This document shows, piece after piece, positions 51,678 through 64,000 of a stretch of DNA of 64,000 nt. Position 1 is the stretch's first letter; each line of letters begins with the position of its first letter. The position numbers and the translations under genes were made by a program. This DNA is from Octopus sinensis (lineage: Eukaryota). The notes under the pieces were generated by a model. The model was not told the DNA's origin and did not search any database. It was given only the letters and a program-made list of their open reading frames with translations. Location: contig NC_043001.1 of assembly GCF_006345805.1 (NCBI RefSeq), forward strand, positions 30,690,001 to 30,754,000, in the 5' to 3' direction.

Positions 51678-52330
51678 TCCCAAATACATTTACTAAGATT
51701 TGTAGAATTACATTTTCTTTTATACTTAAATGTATGAGAATGATTATGAAATCTAATTTTCCAAATTGTAGCAGAGCCCATGTAATAATACTTTATGATC
51801 CTCTGTTATTACCTTACATTGATACATTATATTCTTCTTAAACACTGATTTTCTAAAGGATAGATGATTTTGTTTTTACAATTACAAAGGCAGTTATTCA
51901 CTTGTATGAGGTACTCATGGTCAAAAGAATTAGTCCTAATCGTCCTCTCAGAAGATGGAGCTAAGGCTGGATTATTACCAGTATTATAACTGATATTAAA
52001 ACTAGGTGTTAACTTAACCGTGTTATAAGAGTTGGAATTACTTTTACTTATCGATACTGTGAATTGTGGAATTAACTCTAATGATAATTGTCCTGAACTA
52101 GATTTTGATACTTTAAGTAAAAGTATGTGATTTTCTCCATTCTTATTTTTGTTATACTCCAAATTTCTTTAAATTCTTCAAAACTTGTCATACATGAGAA
52201 ATTACCTGGAATGGTTATTCTACTTGCATTTATTGGTATCTTATTGCTTGATTTAGTTAACCAAGTTCTTTTAACACTGAATGCTTTATTGATATCTGCC
52301 TGGATTAAAAAAATTCCTTTTACATCTTAT
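51678..52330 (-). mobile_element. Penelope-like element remnant (RT C-terminus/linker plus GIY-YIG endonuclease)
   Basis: Minus frames CNCKNKIIYPLENQCL / NIMYQCKV / YYYMGSATIWKIRFHNHSHTFKYKRKCNSTNLSKCIWD resemble PLE CNC....CPL...CL..N.IY, YIG.T...FK.R..NH..SF and ST.LS.YIW motifs. Confidence 0.8.
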
Positions 52331-54101
52331 ATATGAGTACATGTGTGTGTGTGTGTGTGTGTGTCACTGTATCCTTGCCTTGACATTGTGTGATAGTTGT
52401 AAGCAAGTGTCATTGTCATGCAAGTAGGATTCCTCATTTCTGGTCATCTGAGGCATGTCTGATCACGAGAAAATGTTAACTCACTTGGAAGCAGTTGAGG
52501 GTTGGTGACAAGAAAAGCATCCAATCATAGAAAATTCCTCCACCCAAATTCCATCCAGCCCATCCACAATTTTTAATAACTAACATACATCTAAGAAGCT
52601 TTGCACCATTCTAAAATGCTCATGGTTAACTTACATGTCATTGGAGAAGGTGATTCTTATTGGAAGCCCTCAAACTTTAAGTTGTATGACCCAATCTTGC
52701 AGAAACATTTAATCAATTTTTTTCTTTCATCACTTTGCTCAGTAACAGTGGGCAGAGTTACTTTGGTCAATAGGTAGGGCATTTCTGTTATTCTTTTTAT
52801 TTAGTAAAGTCCCGTGACTTAATGGTTAGGTGTTAGGCTTATGGTTGTTAGGCTGTGGGTTAAATTCTTGGAATAGACAGGGCACTGTGTCCTTGAGCAT
52901 GTCACTTCATTTGACGCTGCTTCAGTGCACTCTACTAAAAAAATGGATTGACATACCATTCAGAAGGAAGAGTCTTGTACTCTCAGCCCTGAAAATATAG
53001 ATAAGCTCCAGTTTATGAACTTATAAGCTTCAAGTAGACTTTTGTTGTTTAATTATATCTGGTAACTTGAAAGTAGTAACCTCTAGTTACTTCAGTGACC
53101 CTAATTTTGATTCTCATTTCAAAACATTTCTTTTTTGGAGAAGTGTATAAACATTACATTTTCATTCTTCTATAAATCTGAGGCTTGGTGTATACTTAAA
53201 AGTAATCAAATCTTGTTCTATGTGGCTAAGTTCAGACAATCATACTTAAAGTGCTGAGCTAAAAATAATGTTTATTCAGTTGAGAAATAACTCTAAGAAG
53301 AAAAATCATTATCATAAATAAAAATTATTCTCAAAAGGGACAAGGGAGAAAATTTCTGATGTTTTGATTGAGCAAATATTAAATAATAATATGCAGTGAA
53401 GAGAGGTGAGTGTGATGTTTAGCAGCTATGGTGACAACTCTAGACATGTTTTGATGTAACCAGACCTCCTCAGCAAAGCCCTCTAGCCCTTCTCCACAAA
53501 GTGTACTCATCACTACCAAGACCTTAGCATGACTAATAGATATATTTCAAAAAAATTTTTTTGCATGTGAAAATAATATTCAAGTGCAGTGTACTATACT
53601 TATTCCATTCCATACAAATCTCTCTTTAGGTTGCTCTTTAGAATTTGATGCTTATGAATAAATACTTATTCAACACTTCAGTAAATTCTTAGAATGTGTG
53701 TGTGTGTGTAAGCATATATATTTGTGAGGTTGTTTCTGGTAACATATATGATTTCTATAGTAATCTCTCTCTTTTCCTCTGTATTAATCTGATAGCTAAG
53801 CCATTCTTATCTTTCATGTTTATTTTAAAAAAGTAACTACCATACATACCCATCTGATATTGTATTACTGTGTTGCTAGTAAAGGAAATCCTGTTTGTCT
53901 TCATTTCATATGACTATTCAATCTAATTAGAATGTTTTTAAGAAATTATTTCATCAAGAACGATTGATACTGTTTAAAATATTTAGTGCTCCTAATTTTC
54001 TTTTCTCCAATTATTATACTTCAATGCTTTTCAGATCTTATTTGATTTGTATTTTTCTGAACCCCATCATTTTGGTTTGTGTGTAATCTTAGTAGTATGT
54101 A

Positions 54102-54133
<32 letters not shown>

Positions 54134-54210
54134 CTAGCATTATGACCCGTCTTTGCCGGGTCATAGTGCTAGTGCATGTATATATGTGTATATATATGTA
54201 TACATGTACA

Positions 54211-54257
<47 letters not shown>

Positions 54258-54326
54258 CCATGTTGATTCGCTAGCCTCTGCACACATTTTTTTTCTCTCC
54301 TTCTTTCTTTGTTTCTTCTCTGTGTA

Positions 54327-54364
54327 TCTTTCTGTTGAAGAGCGTAGGCTCGAAACGTTAAAGA
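54327..54364 (+). ncRNA. Minimal type-I hammerhead-ribozyme-like motif (A6U variant)
   Basis: TCTTT-CTGTTGA-A-GAGC(GTAG)GCTC-GAAAC-GT-T-AAAGA: stem I 5 bp, stem II 4 bp, palindromic ACGT at stem III. Confidence 0.5.
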
Positions 54365-54839
54365 CTTGTTTTATTTATATTCCTGAGCGCCATACTAATA
54401 CAATTGTTTGTTTGTATTCCACCTGCCTTCATCTTTTGTTTATTTCCGTAAACCTGCCTTCGTCTTTTGTCTATTTTCATAAAGCTTCCCGTTATATATA
54501 TATATATATATATACATCTACACATAAAATACAAAATACAAAGTTATATTTTGATATCGCTAGTGATAACAATACTGAAAATATATAACAGACTGGAATT
54601 GTAGGACTATTCCATTTCTGCACGCTAATTTTATTTTTAATTTATTCCCATTCATGTGAAGCCACTTATTCAAGTTCAAATCCTTGATGCAATTTTATAC
54701 CAATTGCTATTTTTACTTTTGTTATGTTACGATTATATTATACTTTAGTTTGATTTTAATTATTACTTACTACATATAATTCAATTGTTATTATTATTTT
54801 TATTGTTAAAGTGAAAGTATCTGACATAAAATAGAGAAA

Positions 54840-55052
54840 TGTTTCTGTTTCACTTTTAACACGTAATACTGAAATAGTGGAGAAGATATGATATTGCTAT
54901 GAGCTCGCCCTAGGCAAGAAGTTGAACATTTTTTTTGCCCATGAAACTACATGGACCCTAAGTAAGGCATGTGTAAAATTTGAATGAAATTGGTTGTGTA
55001 GTTCTCAAGTTTTAGGGAAACACACAGACAGACAGACAGACACACATTCTCA

Positions 55053-55060
<8 letters not shown>
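54840..55060 (+). mobile_element. 3' part of a HINE/Helitron-like element
   Basis: AAAATTTGAATGAAATTGG...(CAGA)n CACACATTCTCAGTTTTATATA 3' signature. Confidence 0.5.
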
Positions 55061-55092
<32 letters not shown>

Positions 55093-55234
55093 AAGATTTT
55101 ATATAGTCCTAATTCAGCCATGAAATGCGCATAGTCGATGTACAAGTACTTACTTTTATACATTATATTATTGTATTAATTTTTATTGTTCAATTTATAC
55201 TTTATTTGATTTTAGATTAATATTTTTATGATAA

Positions 55235-55667
55235 ACTAGCAGCATAGTCCGACGTTGCCCGGGTATGTAAGAGCCCCTAGTAGGCAACGGCTAATCCCAA
55301 TCGGGTCGTTTCTCTCTAGGGAACGAAGGCGCATGTGTAGGTTGCAATGTCTTCTCTTCACTCGAATACTTCTGTGTATACGATGTTCCTAGCTGTCCCT
55401 TTGGGCGATAAAAAGGTCGAGTTGTGTCCCCTAGACAGAAAATGTGTTGCATATAAAAAGCTTAGATTCTCGACCCCATGTCGAATTTATCGATTTTTTC
55501 AGAACTGGGGGAACTTTTCAAAATTTTCGCTGCGTCAGTTTTGAATTATGACATTGGGCTATGTGTGTGTCAAGTTTCATCAGAATCGGTTGAAAGCCGT
55601 GGTCAGGGTGAGGGTACAACCTGACAGACACACAGACAGACAAACTACCGTTTATATATAGAGAGAT
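55235..55667 (+). mobile_element. HINE/DINE-1-like element (second subfamily)
   Basis: 5' ACTAGCAGCATAGTCCGACGTTGCCCGGG; 3' AAGTTTCATCAGAATCGG...(CAGA)n CAAACTACCGTTTATATATAGAGAGAT. Confidence 0.6.
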
Positions 55668-55864
55668 GTTTCTTTGTATGGTATTCGCTGTGATTTTAAA
55701 AGTATTTGCTCTTATATATTATATGATTGCAATAATCTTACTGTTCAATATTATAGATTATTCAAATTTTAGAGTAGTATTTTGTATGGTATATATCTCA
55801 GAGCATGGTTTTGGAAGGATTCTTCATTGACTGAGTTGTGGAATGGTGGTTCGTCTTTAAATTA

Positions 55865-55923
<59 letters not shown>

Positions 55924-58900
55924 AGTCAAGTACATCAACATCAAAAAATCAAATGGAAATTGTAGTTGTGATACCTGTGCCGGTGGCACGTCAAAAGCAC
56001 CATCCAAACGTGGCCAATGCCAGCGCCACCTTGACTGGCTTCCATGCCAGTGGCATGTAAAAAGCACCAACGAATCATGGCCGTTGCCAGCCTCGCCTGG
56101 CACCTGTGCTGGTGGCATGTAAAAAGCAACCACTACACTCATGGAGTGGTTGGCGTAAGGAAGGGCATCCAGCTGTAGAAACTCTGCCAGATCAAGATTG
56201 GAGTCTGGTGCAGCTCTCCAGCTTACCAGCTCCAGTCAAACTGTCTTTTCCATGCTAGCATGAAAAACAGTCGCTGAATGATGAAGACACACACACACAC
56301 TGAGTTACATTGATTTACTTGCAACACGTTTAATTTGTGAAAAAAGATAAATGTAGTTGTAAACACACACACACAAAATAGCTAACAAGTCTTTGATATA
56401 TATATATACATCTTTTTGATGTTGAATTTTCAATATTTTTGAAGTAAACCTCACCATCAAGTAGAATGTTGTTATTGATTATTGATATGTGTGGTACAAA
56501 CTTCAAATTCATACTTTGTTCATGGCTCACTACCTCCAGGCTTTGAATATCTGCCTTTATATACTCAACTCACCTATTTGACTTTGAGTTTGGTTTCCAT
56601 ATTACAATGAGATACACTTTTCCTATCTGAAAATTCTTATTAGCAAATACCTTATCTAATTTCTTGTGGTTATATAGTTAAATCCTCTTAGTAAGGCTCT
56701 CTCTATTAGAAAAGAATATCTTTTGGAGTGATGTTTAGAACACTGTTAAAACTATTTTTATATACATAGGTTTTATCATAGGAGAAAGATCAGTGCCTAT
56801 GATTCTATTTCTGGGTGTCGTAGAATGGTGGGAAGGGAAGAAGTCAAAGACCTAGCCCATATGTTTGCAACAGAATGATTTCCACTAAAGGCACCCAAGG
56901 GGCTTTATTTGAATATAAAAATACCAATAATATTTGTATTTACATTCTAGATGGTTTCGTCCAGTTATATAAACTCATCTATTTTGGGAGTGGATTTTCA
57001 AATGGAAGCTGATAAAATAATATTCAGAATGGGAAAGCAGAGTTTTCAAGGTAGTTAGTGCAAAATAAAGAGTTATTAAACTGAGCAATGGCTTGTATTT
57101 TGGAGGGACCCATGTATATTCTAATGGATTATTGTTGTAAATACAATAGCCATTGTATGATATCTTGATACAGGCTCAGGCATGTCTATGTCATTTAGAA
57201 ATTTGCTTCACAGCCATATGATTGTGGCTTCAGTCCCACTGTGATGAGTGAAATTTGTTGAATGGAAACATGAAAGCTTGTTAGATGAACAAAGAATTTT
57301 ATCATTCTATGGGCAAAAATTGAATTCCTGTGGAAGTTTAATGGCTAACCTATTTCTTTACTACCCACAAGGGGCTAAACACAGAGAGGACAAACAAGGA
57401 CAGACAAACAGATTAAGTTGATTACATCGACACCAGTGCATAACTGGTACTTAATTTATCAACGCCGAAAGGATGAAAGGCAGTCGACCTTAGCGGAATT
57501 TGAACCCAGAATGTAACGGCAGACAAAATACCGCTAAGCGTTTCGCCTGGCGTGCTAACGTTGGAAATCCTTGTGGATGTGGATATTCCACAAGGTCACC
57601 AGAAGTCAGTTTTAATTTGATGGTTTGTCCCACCCATCCATTCATCTTAATATTATGATTCCCAGACACTGTCAGTGACACTTCAGCATTGACCTAGACA
57701 ATTATGGTTTGACGTTGTTAAACTTCCCAGAGAAACCTCTGCATGGAAAGCATAATTAACTTTAAGTGTTCACTAATATACTTAATGTAGTGAGCCAAAA
57801 ATAATTTGTAATCAATTTAAATTAAACTTAAAATGAAAAGTCATTAATGACATTATGCTCTGTGCACTAATGTATTCTGTCAAATCTGTTTTTTTCCTCG
57901 TTTATCAAATTATCAGATTACTACAGTATTTCTCAACTCTTTCTCTTCAGTGTAGGATGGGGGTTTATGCTACCTCTAAGGCAAAATGTTATCTATACAT
58001 AAGCACATATTTTACTTATCTAATGGTCAGATGTAAACCAAATTTTTTAGCTCCGGTTATTTGGTGTTTATTTTTTAAAGCAATAACTTTTAAAAAATGT
58101 TTTGAATTAAAATTATTTTTCACTCATGAAGTTAATTTTCATGTAACTGCCCCACCTCCTGCAACCTCTGCATTGCATTAATAATTAAATATAATATTAC
58201 TAATTTTTGAAGAATTTTTATTGTAAAGTTTCTTTTGCTCTTAAACCAACAGTTAGCTCTGTTATAGGTTACATTTACCAGACGAGTCAATATTTATTTC
58301 TGTCATGTAAGCAAACTGTAGCATCTGCAGAGATACAACAAAATATTTGCAAGAGATTTGAATTCAAGATGCAAGAACTGGTAATCCTATCACAGTAATT
58401 TGTCTTCTATCAGAATTGTGCATTTAATCTGTTCACCCAAGACATTTTAGAATTAAAAATGAAAGTTGATCTGAGCTTTAATTAAAATATTCAGACATAC
58501 ATAAAAGCAAAGAACTAGTTTTGGAAATGAATTTTATATAATGAGGTTTGCTTTTGCCAGATTCTGTGAATTTGTTGACTTGAATCATTAATTAATACAA
58601 ACTGCTAGCTTTGTGAATAGTTGTGTCAGCATCCTGTATATGTATTTTTCTTGTACTATTGATACTATGCCTGTTAAATGGATGGACATAACATTAGCAC
58701 CATATGAAGAAATGAAATAAGAACTAATTAAAATTTATTTTAGCTGACATATAAATGTGATGTTTTTTTTCTCTTCAACTTCAATTAATGTAAAGTGCTC
58801 ACTTCCATAATTTAGTTTCCAAATGCTTCATTGTTTATGTCAAATGTTCTTCAGATTTTAAGTTGTATTTGATAACTCTGTATCAAAATATAGAGCTTGC

Positions 58901-58966
58901 AATTAATACTGTCGTAAGAAGAAACTAGCTTCCCTCTTTTATTGTGAAGCTAGCATAAGTTATATA

Positions 58967-59369
58967 TATTTCTTTACTATTCACAAGGGGCTAAACATAG
59001 AGGGGACAAACAAGGACAGGCAAAGGGATTGTCAATTACATCGACCCCAGTGCGAAACTCGTACTTTATTTATCGACCCCGAAAGGATGAAAGGCAAAGT
59101 CGACCTCGGTGGAATTTGAACTCAGAATGTAACGACAGACAAAATACCTATTTCTTTACTACCCACAAGGGGCTAAACACAGAGGGGACAAACAAGGACA
59201 GACACATGGATTAAGTCGATTACATCGACCCCAGTGTGTAACTGGTACTTAATTTATCGATCCCGAAAGGATGAAAGGCAAAGTCGACCTCGGCGGAATT
59301 TGAATTCAGAACGAAATATGGCTATGCATTTCACCTGGTGTGCTAATGTTTCTGCCAGCTTGCCGCCTT
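58967..59369 (-). mobile_element. SINE family A, dimeric form
   Basis: 20-bp TSD AAGCTAGCATAAGTTATATA at 58947-58966 and 59370-59389. Confidence 0.9.
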
Positions 59370-59708
59370 AAGCTAGCATAAGTTATATAACCAGATAGAA
59401 TGGGTCTTTTAGTAGTTGGACTTGATCCTTGTGCTTTGGTAAGGAATATCCAAGACTGGCTGTTTAGTTCTCTCTCTCTTGTGATGGGAGTGGTTGTAGT
59501 AGTATTAGTAGATTGCTGTCTGTTTCAAAATGTCTGCAACTGTCATTACGAATTAGTTATCAAAAGTGTAGTATTTCCTCTTGGGTGTCACTCTTTATTG
59601 ATGCCTACTGCAGAAAACCATTGCTATGATTTTTTGTTGTTTTGTATAGCGATCAAATTAATATGTTTAGAGATACTTTTTGATAAACTTGCTGACAAAT
59701 TGGCTTAA

Positions 59709-60296
59709 CTCTTTTGCATTCACATTATTCTGTGAAATGTAATACTTATTTACTCTCTTTTACTTGTTTCAGTCATTTGACTGTGGCCATGCTGGAGCAC
59801 CACCTTTTAGTCGAGCAAATCAACCCCAGGACTTATTCTTTGTAAGCCTAGTACTTATTCTATCGGTCTCTTTTCCTGAACCGCTAAGTTATGGTGACGT
59901 AAACACACCAGCATTGGTTGTCAAGTGATATTGGTGGGGACGAACACAGACACACGAACATATACACACACATACACATATATATATGCATATATACGAC
60001 GGGCTTCTTTCAGTTTCCGTCTACCAAATCCACTCACAAGGCTTTGGTCGGCCCGAGGCTATAGCAGATGACACTTGCCCAAGGTGCCACGCAGTGGGAC
60101 TGAACCCGGAACCACGTGGTTTGTAAGCAAGCTACTTACCACACAGCCATGCATTTTCTTGCAGTTTTGAAATTTTGATGAGATGATTGTTTATTTTTAG
60201 AATGATATTATAGGGTAGATGGCATAGGCCAGATCTGGCCAGTCTGAACACGAAACAGGTAGAATATTTATATTGGCTGATTTGAATGCTAAAGGT
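59709..60296. mobile_element. piggyBac-like MITE interrupted by a family-B SINE (about 59752-60150)
   Basis: TTAA-CTCTTTTGCATTCACATT ... GAATGCTAAAGGT-TTAA; interior homologous to 28929 and 29456. Confidence 0.7.
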
Positions 60297-60300
60297 TTAA

Positions 60301-60520
60301 CCCTTTTGTTACTGTATTTATTTTGAGAGGCTCTGTGTTTCTTTCAATTACTTTAAATATAACAAAGAATTTAGTAAAATAACTTAGTTATTGTTAAGCT
60401 AGTGTTAGGAGTGTAAATTGTGACTAAGGCTTGGTGGAAGATTTTAATTCAAAACTTATGAAAACAAGACATTTTACCACAGAGCCAGAGCTGGTTTTGG
60501 CTGGATTAGTAACAAAAGGG
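60301..60520. mobile_element. piggyBac-like MITE, second family
   Basis: Perfect TIR CCCTTTTGTTACT / AGTAACAAAAGGG; TTAA at 60297-60300 and 60521-60524. Confidence 0.85.
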
Positions 60521-61689
60521 TTAAAGTATTATCTAGTTTTTTGCCAGTACCACTAACATTCTTTTAGTTAAACTATCAGCTAATCAATTGACATAACAGG
60601 GCTGTCATAGATAAGACTTGCATTTGCTGTAGTGGTTGATTAAATACAGACACAAAGGCACACACACACACATATACATGGCTGGCTTCTTACAGTTTCT
60701 GTCTACCAAAACCACTTATAAGACTTTGGTTGGGCTAAGTCTATAGTAGAAGACACTTGCCTGAGGTGCCACACAGTGGGACTGAACCTGGAACCATGTG
60801 GTTTGGAAGCGAGCTTCTTACTACACAGCCATGCCTTTCCTGACTTTTGAATTACTACATGAAGCTTAAAGTCTTTCAGCAGTGTCACAATAACCTTTTG
60901 GATTATGTGTGATTACTTTCTTTTTTCCTGCTATTTTTAAGAATTTGAGAATTTTATAAAAATTCTGGTATAATGATTCAGTTTCTGGAAGTTAAACGCC
61001 TTTTATCATAAGAAATAAAATGATGTAGTAATGTGATCATATTCCTCTGAGTTTGATTAATTCATCATCATCATCATCGTTTAACGTCTGCCTTCCATGC
61101 TAGCATGGGTTGGACGATTTTGATTGAGGGCTGGTGAACCAGATGGCCGCACCAGACTCCATTCTTGATCTGGCAGAGTTTCTACAGCTGGATGCTCTTC
61201 CTAATGCCAACCACTCCGAGAGTGTAGTGGGTGCTTTTTACGTGCCAGTCAAGTGGTACTGGCAGTGACCTCACTTGAATCTTTTTAAGGCTTGAAGTTT
61301 TGTGGGAGGAGGAAAGCTGATTAAATTGACCCCAGAATGTAACTGGTACTTTATTTTATTGGTTTCAGAGGCATGAAAGGAAAACTTGACCTTAGTGGGG
61401 TTTGAACTCATATTGTAAAGAACCAGAATAAATACTACAAGGCATTTTATCTGATGCTCTAATGATTCTGCCAATCCACTTGATTCCTAACTTTAGTATA
61501 GGCCATATATATTTTTGAGGAAGGGATGTAGTTACATGAATTAACCCCAGTACTTAACTCCTACTTTTTTTATTACCCATCATCCAAAACTAAACCCCCA
61601 AAACACTGAAGTTGACTTAGGTGGAATGTAAACTCAAAATACAAGAATATTAGTAAACATCACAAGGTATTTAATCAGGTACTCGTTTA

Positions 61690-62163
61690 AAAGTACCTGG
61701 TGTGCTTGAGAAGACCTGCTGAGCCAAGTGAAATTGTAGTCGTGGCCAATGCCAGTGCTACCTGACTGGCACCTGTGCCGGTGACATGTAAAAAACATCA
61801 TTCGAGTGTGGTTGATGCCAGTGCTGCCTGGTTGGCTCCCATGCTGGTGGTACATAAAAAGCACCATTCGAGTGTGACCGATGCCAGAGCTGCGTGACTG
61901 GCACCTGTGCCAGTGACATGTCAAAAGCACCATTCTAGCATGGTCGATGCCACTGCCTTCTGACTGGTTCCCATGCCAGTGGCATGTAAAAAGCACCCAC
62001 TACACTCTTGGAGTAGTTAACATTAGGAAGGGCATCTAGCTTTAGAAACCTTGCCAGATCAGACTGGAGACTGGTGCAGCCTCCTGGCTTGCCAGTTCTC
62101 AGTCAAACCATCCAACCCATGCCGGCATGGAAAGTGGACATTTAACAATGATGATGATAATGA
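61690..62163 (+). mobile_element. SINE family D
   Basis: About four ~60-bp units, then the RTE-like tail and GATGATGAT. Confidence 0.78.
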
Positions 62164-62184
62164 CATCTCTGTCTGTCTGTCTGC

Positions 62185-62221
<37 letters not shown>

Positions 62222-62564
62222 CTGTATATATATATATATACTATATATATATATAAAATATATGTCATGTGTGTGCATCTTTGTGTCTATATTTGTTCCC
62301 CATGACTGCTTGACAACCAGTGTTGGTGTGTTTACATTCCCCATAACTGAGTGGTTTGACAAAAGAGATTGATGGGTTGAATACTAGGCTTTAAAAAAAT
62401 GTCCCAGGGTTGATTTATTCGACTGAAACCCTTCATGGTGGTGCTCCAGTATGGCCGCAGTCAACTGACTGAAACAAATAAAAGATAAGTCAAGACTATC
62501 TTTGGTCATTGGTTTCATTGATCAGGAAGTTAAACATCAACAATACTTAATGCTTAACATTTGT

Positions 62565-62962
62565 AGGCGCAGGAGTGGCTGTGTGGTAAGTAGCTTGCTA
62601 ATCAACCACATGGTTCCGGGTTCAGTCCCACTGCGTGGCATCTTGGGCAAGTGTCTTCTGCTATAGCCTCGGGCCGACCAATGCCTTGTGAGTGGATTTG
62701 GTAGATGGAAACTGAAAGAAGCCCGTCGTATATATGTATATATATATATATATGTGTGTGTGTGTCTGTGTTTGTCCCCCTAGCATTGCTTGACAACCGA
62801 TGCTGGTGTGTTTATGTCCTCGTCACTTAGCGGTTCGGCAAAAGAGACCGATAGAATAAGTACTGGGCTTACAAAGAATAAGTCCCGGGGTCGATTTGCT
62901 CGACTAAAGGCGGTGCTCCAGCATGGCCGCAGTCAAATGACTGAAACAAGTAAAAGAGAGTA
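62565..62962 (+). mobile_element. SINE family B, full length
   Basis: AGGCGCAGGAGTGGCTGTGTGG head, GGGTTCAGTCCC B-box-like motif, tail CATGGCCGCAGTCAAATGACTGAAACAAGTAAAAGAG. Confidence 0.88.
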
Positions 62963-64000
62963 TAAACACACACATAAATTGAGTACAGTTGAGAAAATAT
63001 GACCCAGCATATTATAAAAGACTGTCAGAACATCCTGTTTAGTTAAAAAGTATTAAAGGGACATCGGATGTTTGGAGATGAATACTGAAAATTTAAGATG
63101 TGTTGACAGGAAGCTTTTAGAATTAGAGGCTACTGTAATATTGGAAGGGAAGTTGTATTTCTTCTTTTAATAAGTCAAGCTGTACTCTTATCCATCTATC
63201 CACCTTCCCGCAAATCTCCATAGAAACCAAATATATTTTGTATTTATTTTTGTTTCAAGAATAATTTTATTTAAAAATTCTGTTTGTATATTTAAAAAAA
63301 AATTGTTTTTGATATAAAAATAGTTTATAAGTTTTAAAAATACTTCGCTGTTTGTATATATGTATATGTATACACACGCACATATATATACATATATATA
63401 TATACATATATATACATACATATCTACATGTCTATGTCTGTACATGTGTGTCTGTGTTTGCACTCACACACATGGTATGTAGTATGCCATTTTTGTCTGG
63501 TAACTATAGTAACATGTCAGACAGAATAGTTTACAAGCTGTAGATAATCACACGTTGGCAAGGGGCAGATTATTCATTTACAACTGATAAAATGTTGTTT
63601 AAAATGTTGTTTAATACCAACATGCCAAAGAGGTGGGGGCTCTCTCTCACTCTTTCTCCCCTGAGCACAAACTGCACCAACATCCATATAATAAGCCTTA
63701 CATAGCTTATTACTTACAGTAGTTCTTTTACTATTACCAAGTTGTTTGGGGAAATCTACTGTTGCCATATCTTATATATTAGTCTGGCACTAGAATTTCT
63801 TTGATAATTTCAAGGGGACTGTTTGTATCGTAGTATTGATATTTCATTTTAGATATAAACAAACAGGTTGTTAATGGAGTGCCAGACAAAATACTTCTTA
63901 ATATTTAGTAGTAACTCTTTATATTGTGTGTTTAGATCCCACAAAAGTACACTTACCCTTTCGTTCTTTCGGGGTTGATAAAATATATGAAGTTAAATAC

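Overview
AT-rich, microsatellite-dense eukaryotic genomic DNA. The SINE families look like those of Octopus (cephalopod); this is an inference from family recognition, not a database hit. Only one host coding exon is supportable: 13650-14081 (+), the first coding exon of a prolyl 3-hydroxylase/leprecan-family gene (P3H1-3/CRTAP/P3H4). It has a signal peptide, CXXXC motifs and PYDYLQFCHYK followed by a GTAAGT donor. I found no second exon, so about 50 kb downstream appears to be one intron. The rest is layered transposon debris: four SINE families (A-D), LINE remnants (RTE/BovB, RTE-X, CR1, R4/Dong), a Penelope-like GIY-YIG remnant, Gypsy and Copia remnants, mariner, pogo-, hAT- and piggyBac-like MITEs, a GGATC-TIR/8-bp-TSD MITE family and Helentron-like (HINE) elements. 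Most long ORFs in the track are microsatellite or tandem-repeat artefacts. I cannot claim a new biological system. The best leads are a minimal type-I hammerhead-ribozyme-like fold (54327-54364), microsatellite-centred fold-back palindromes, a near-identical 361-bp triplication with junction microhomology, a dimeric higher-order repeat inside a SINE, and an inverted duplicate inside a Copia remnant. All alignments and coordinates were made by eye; repeat boundaries are approximate unless a TSD is quoted.
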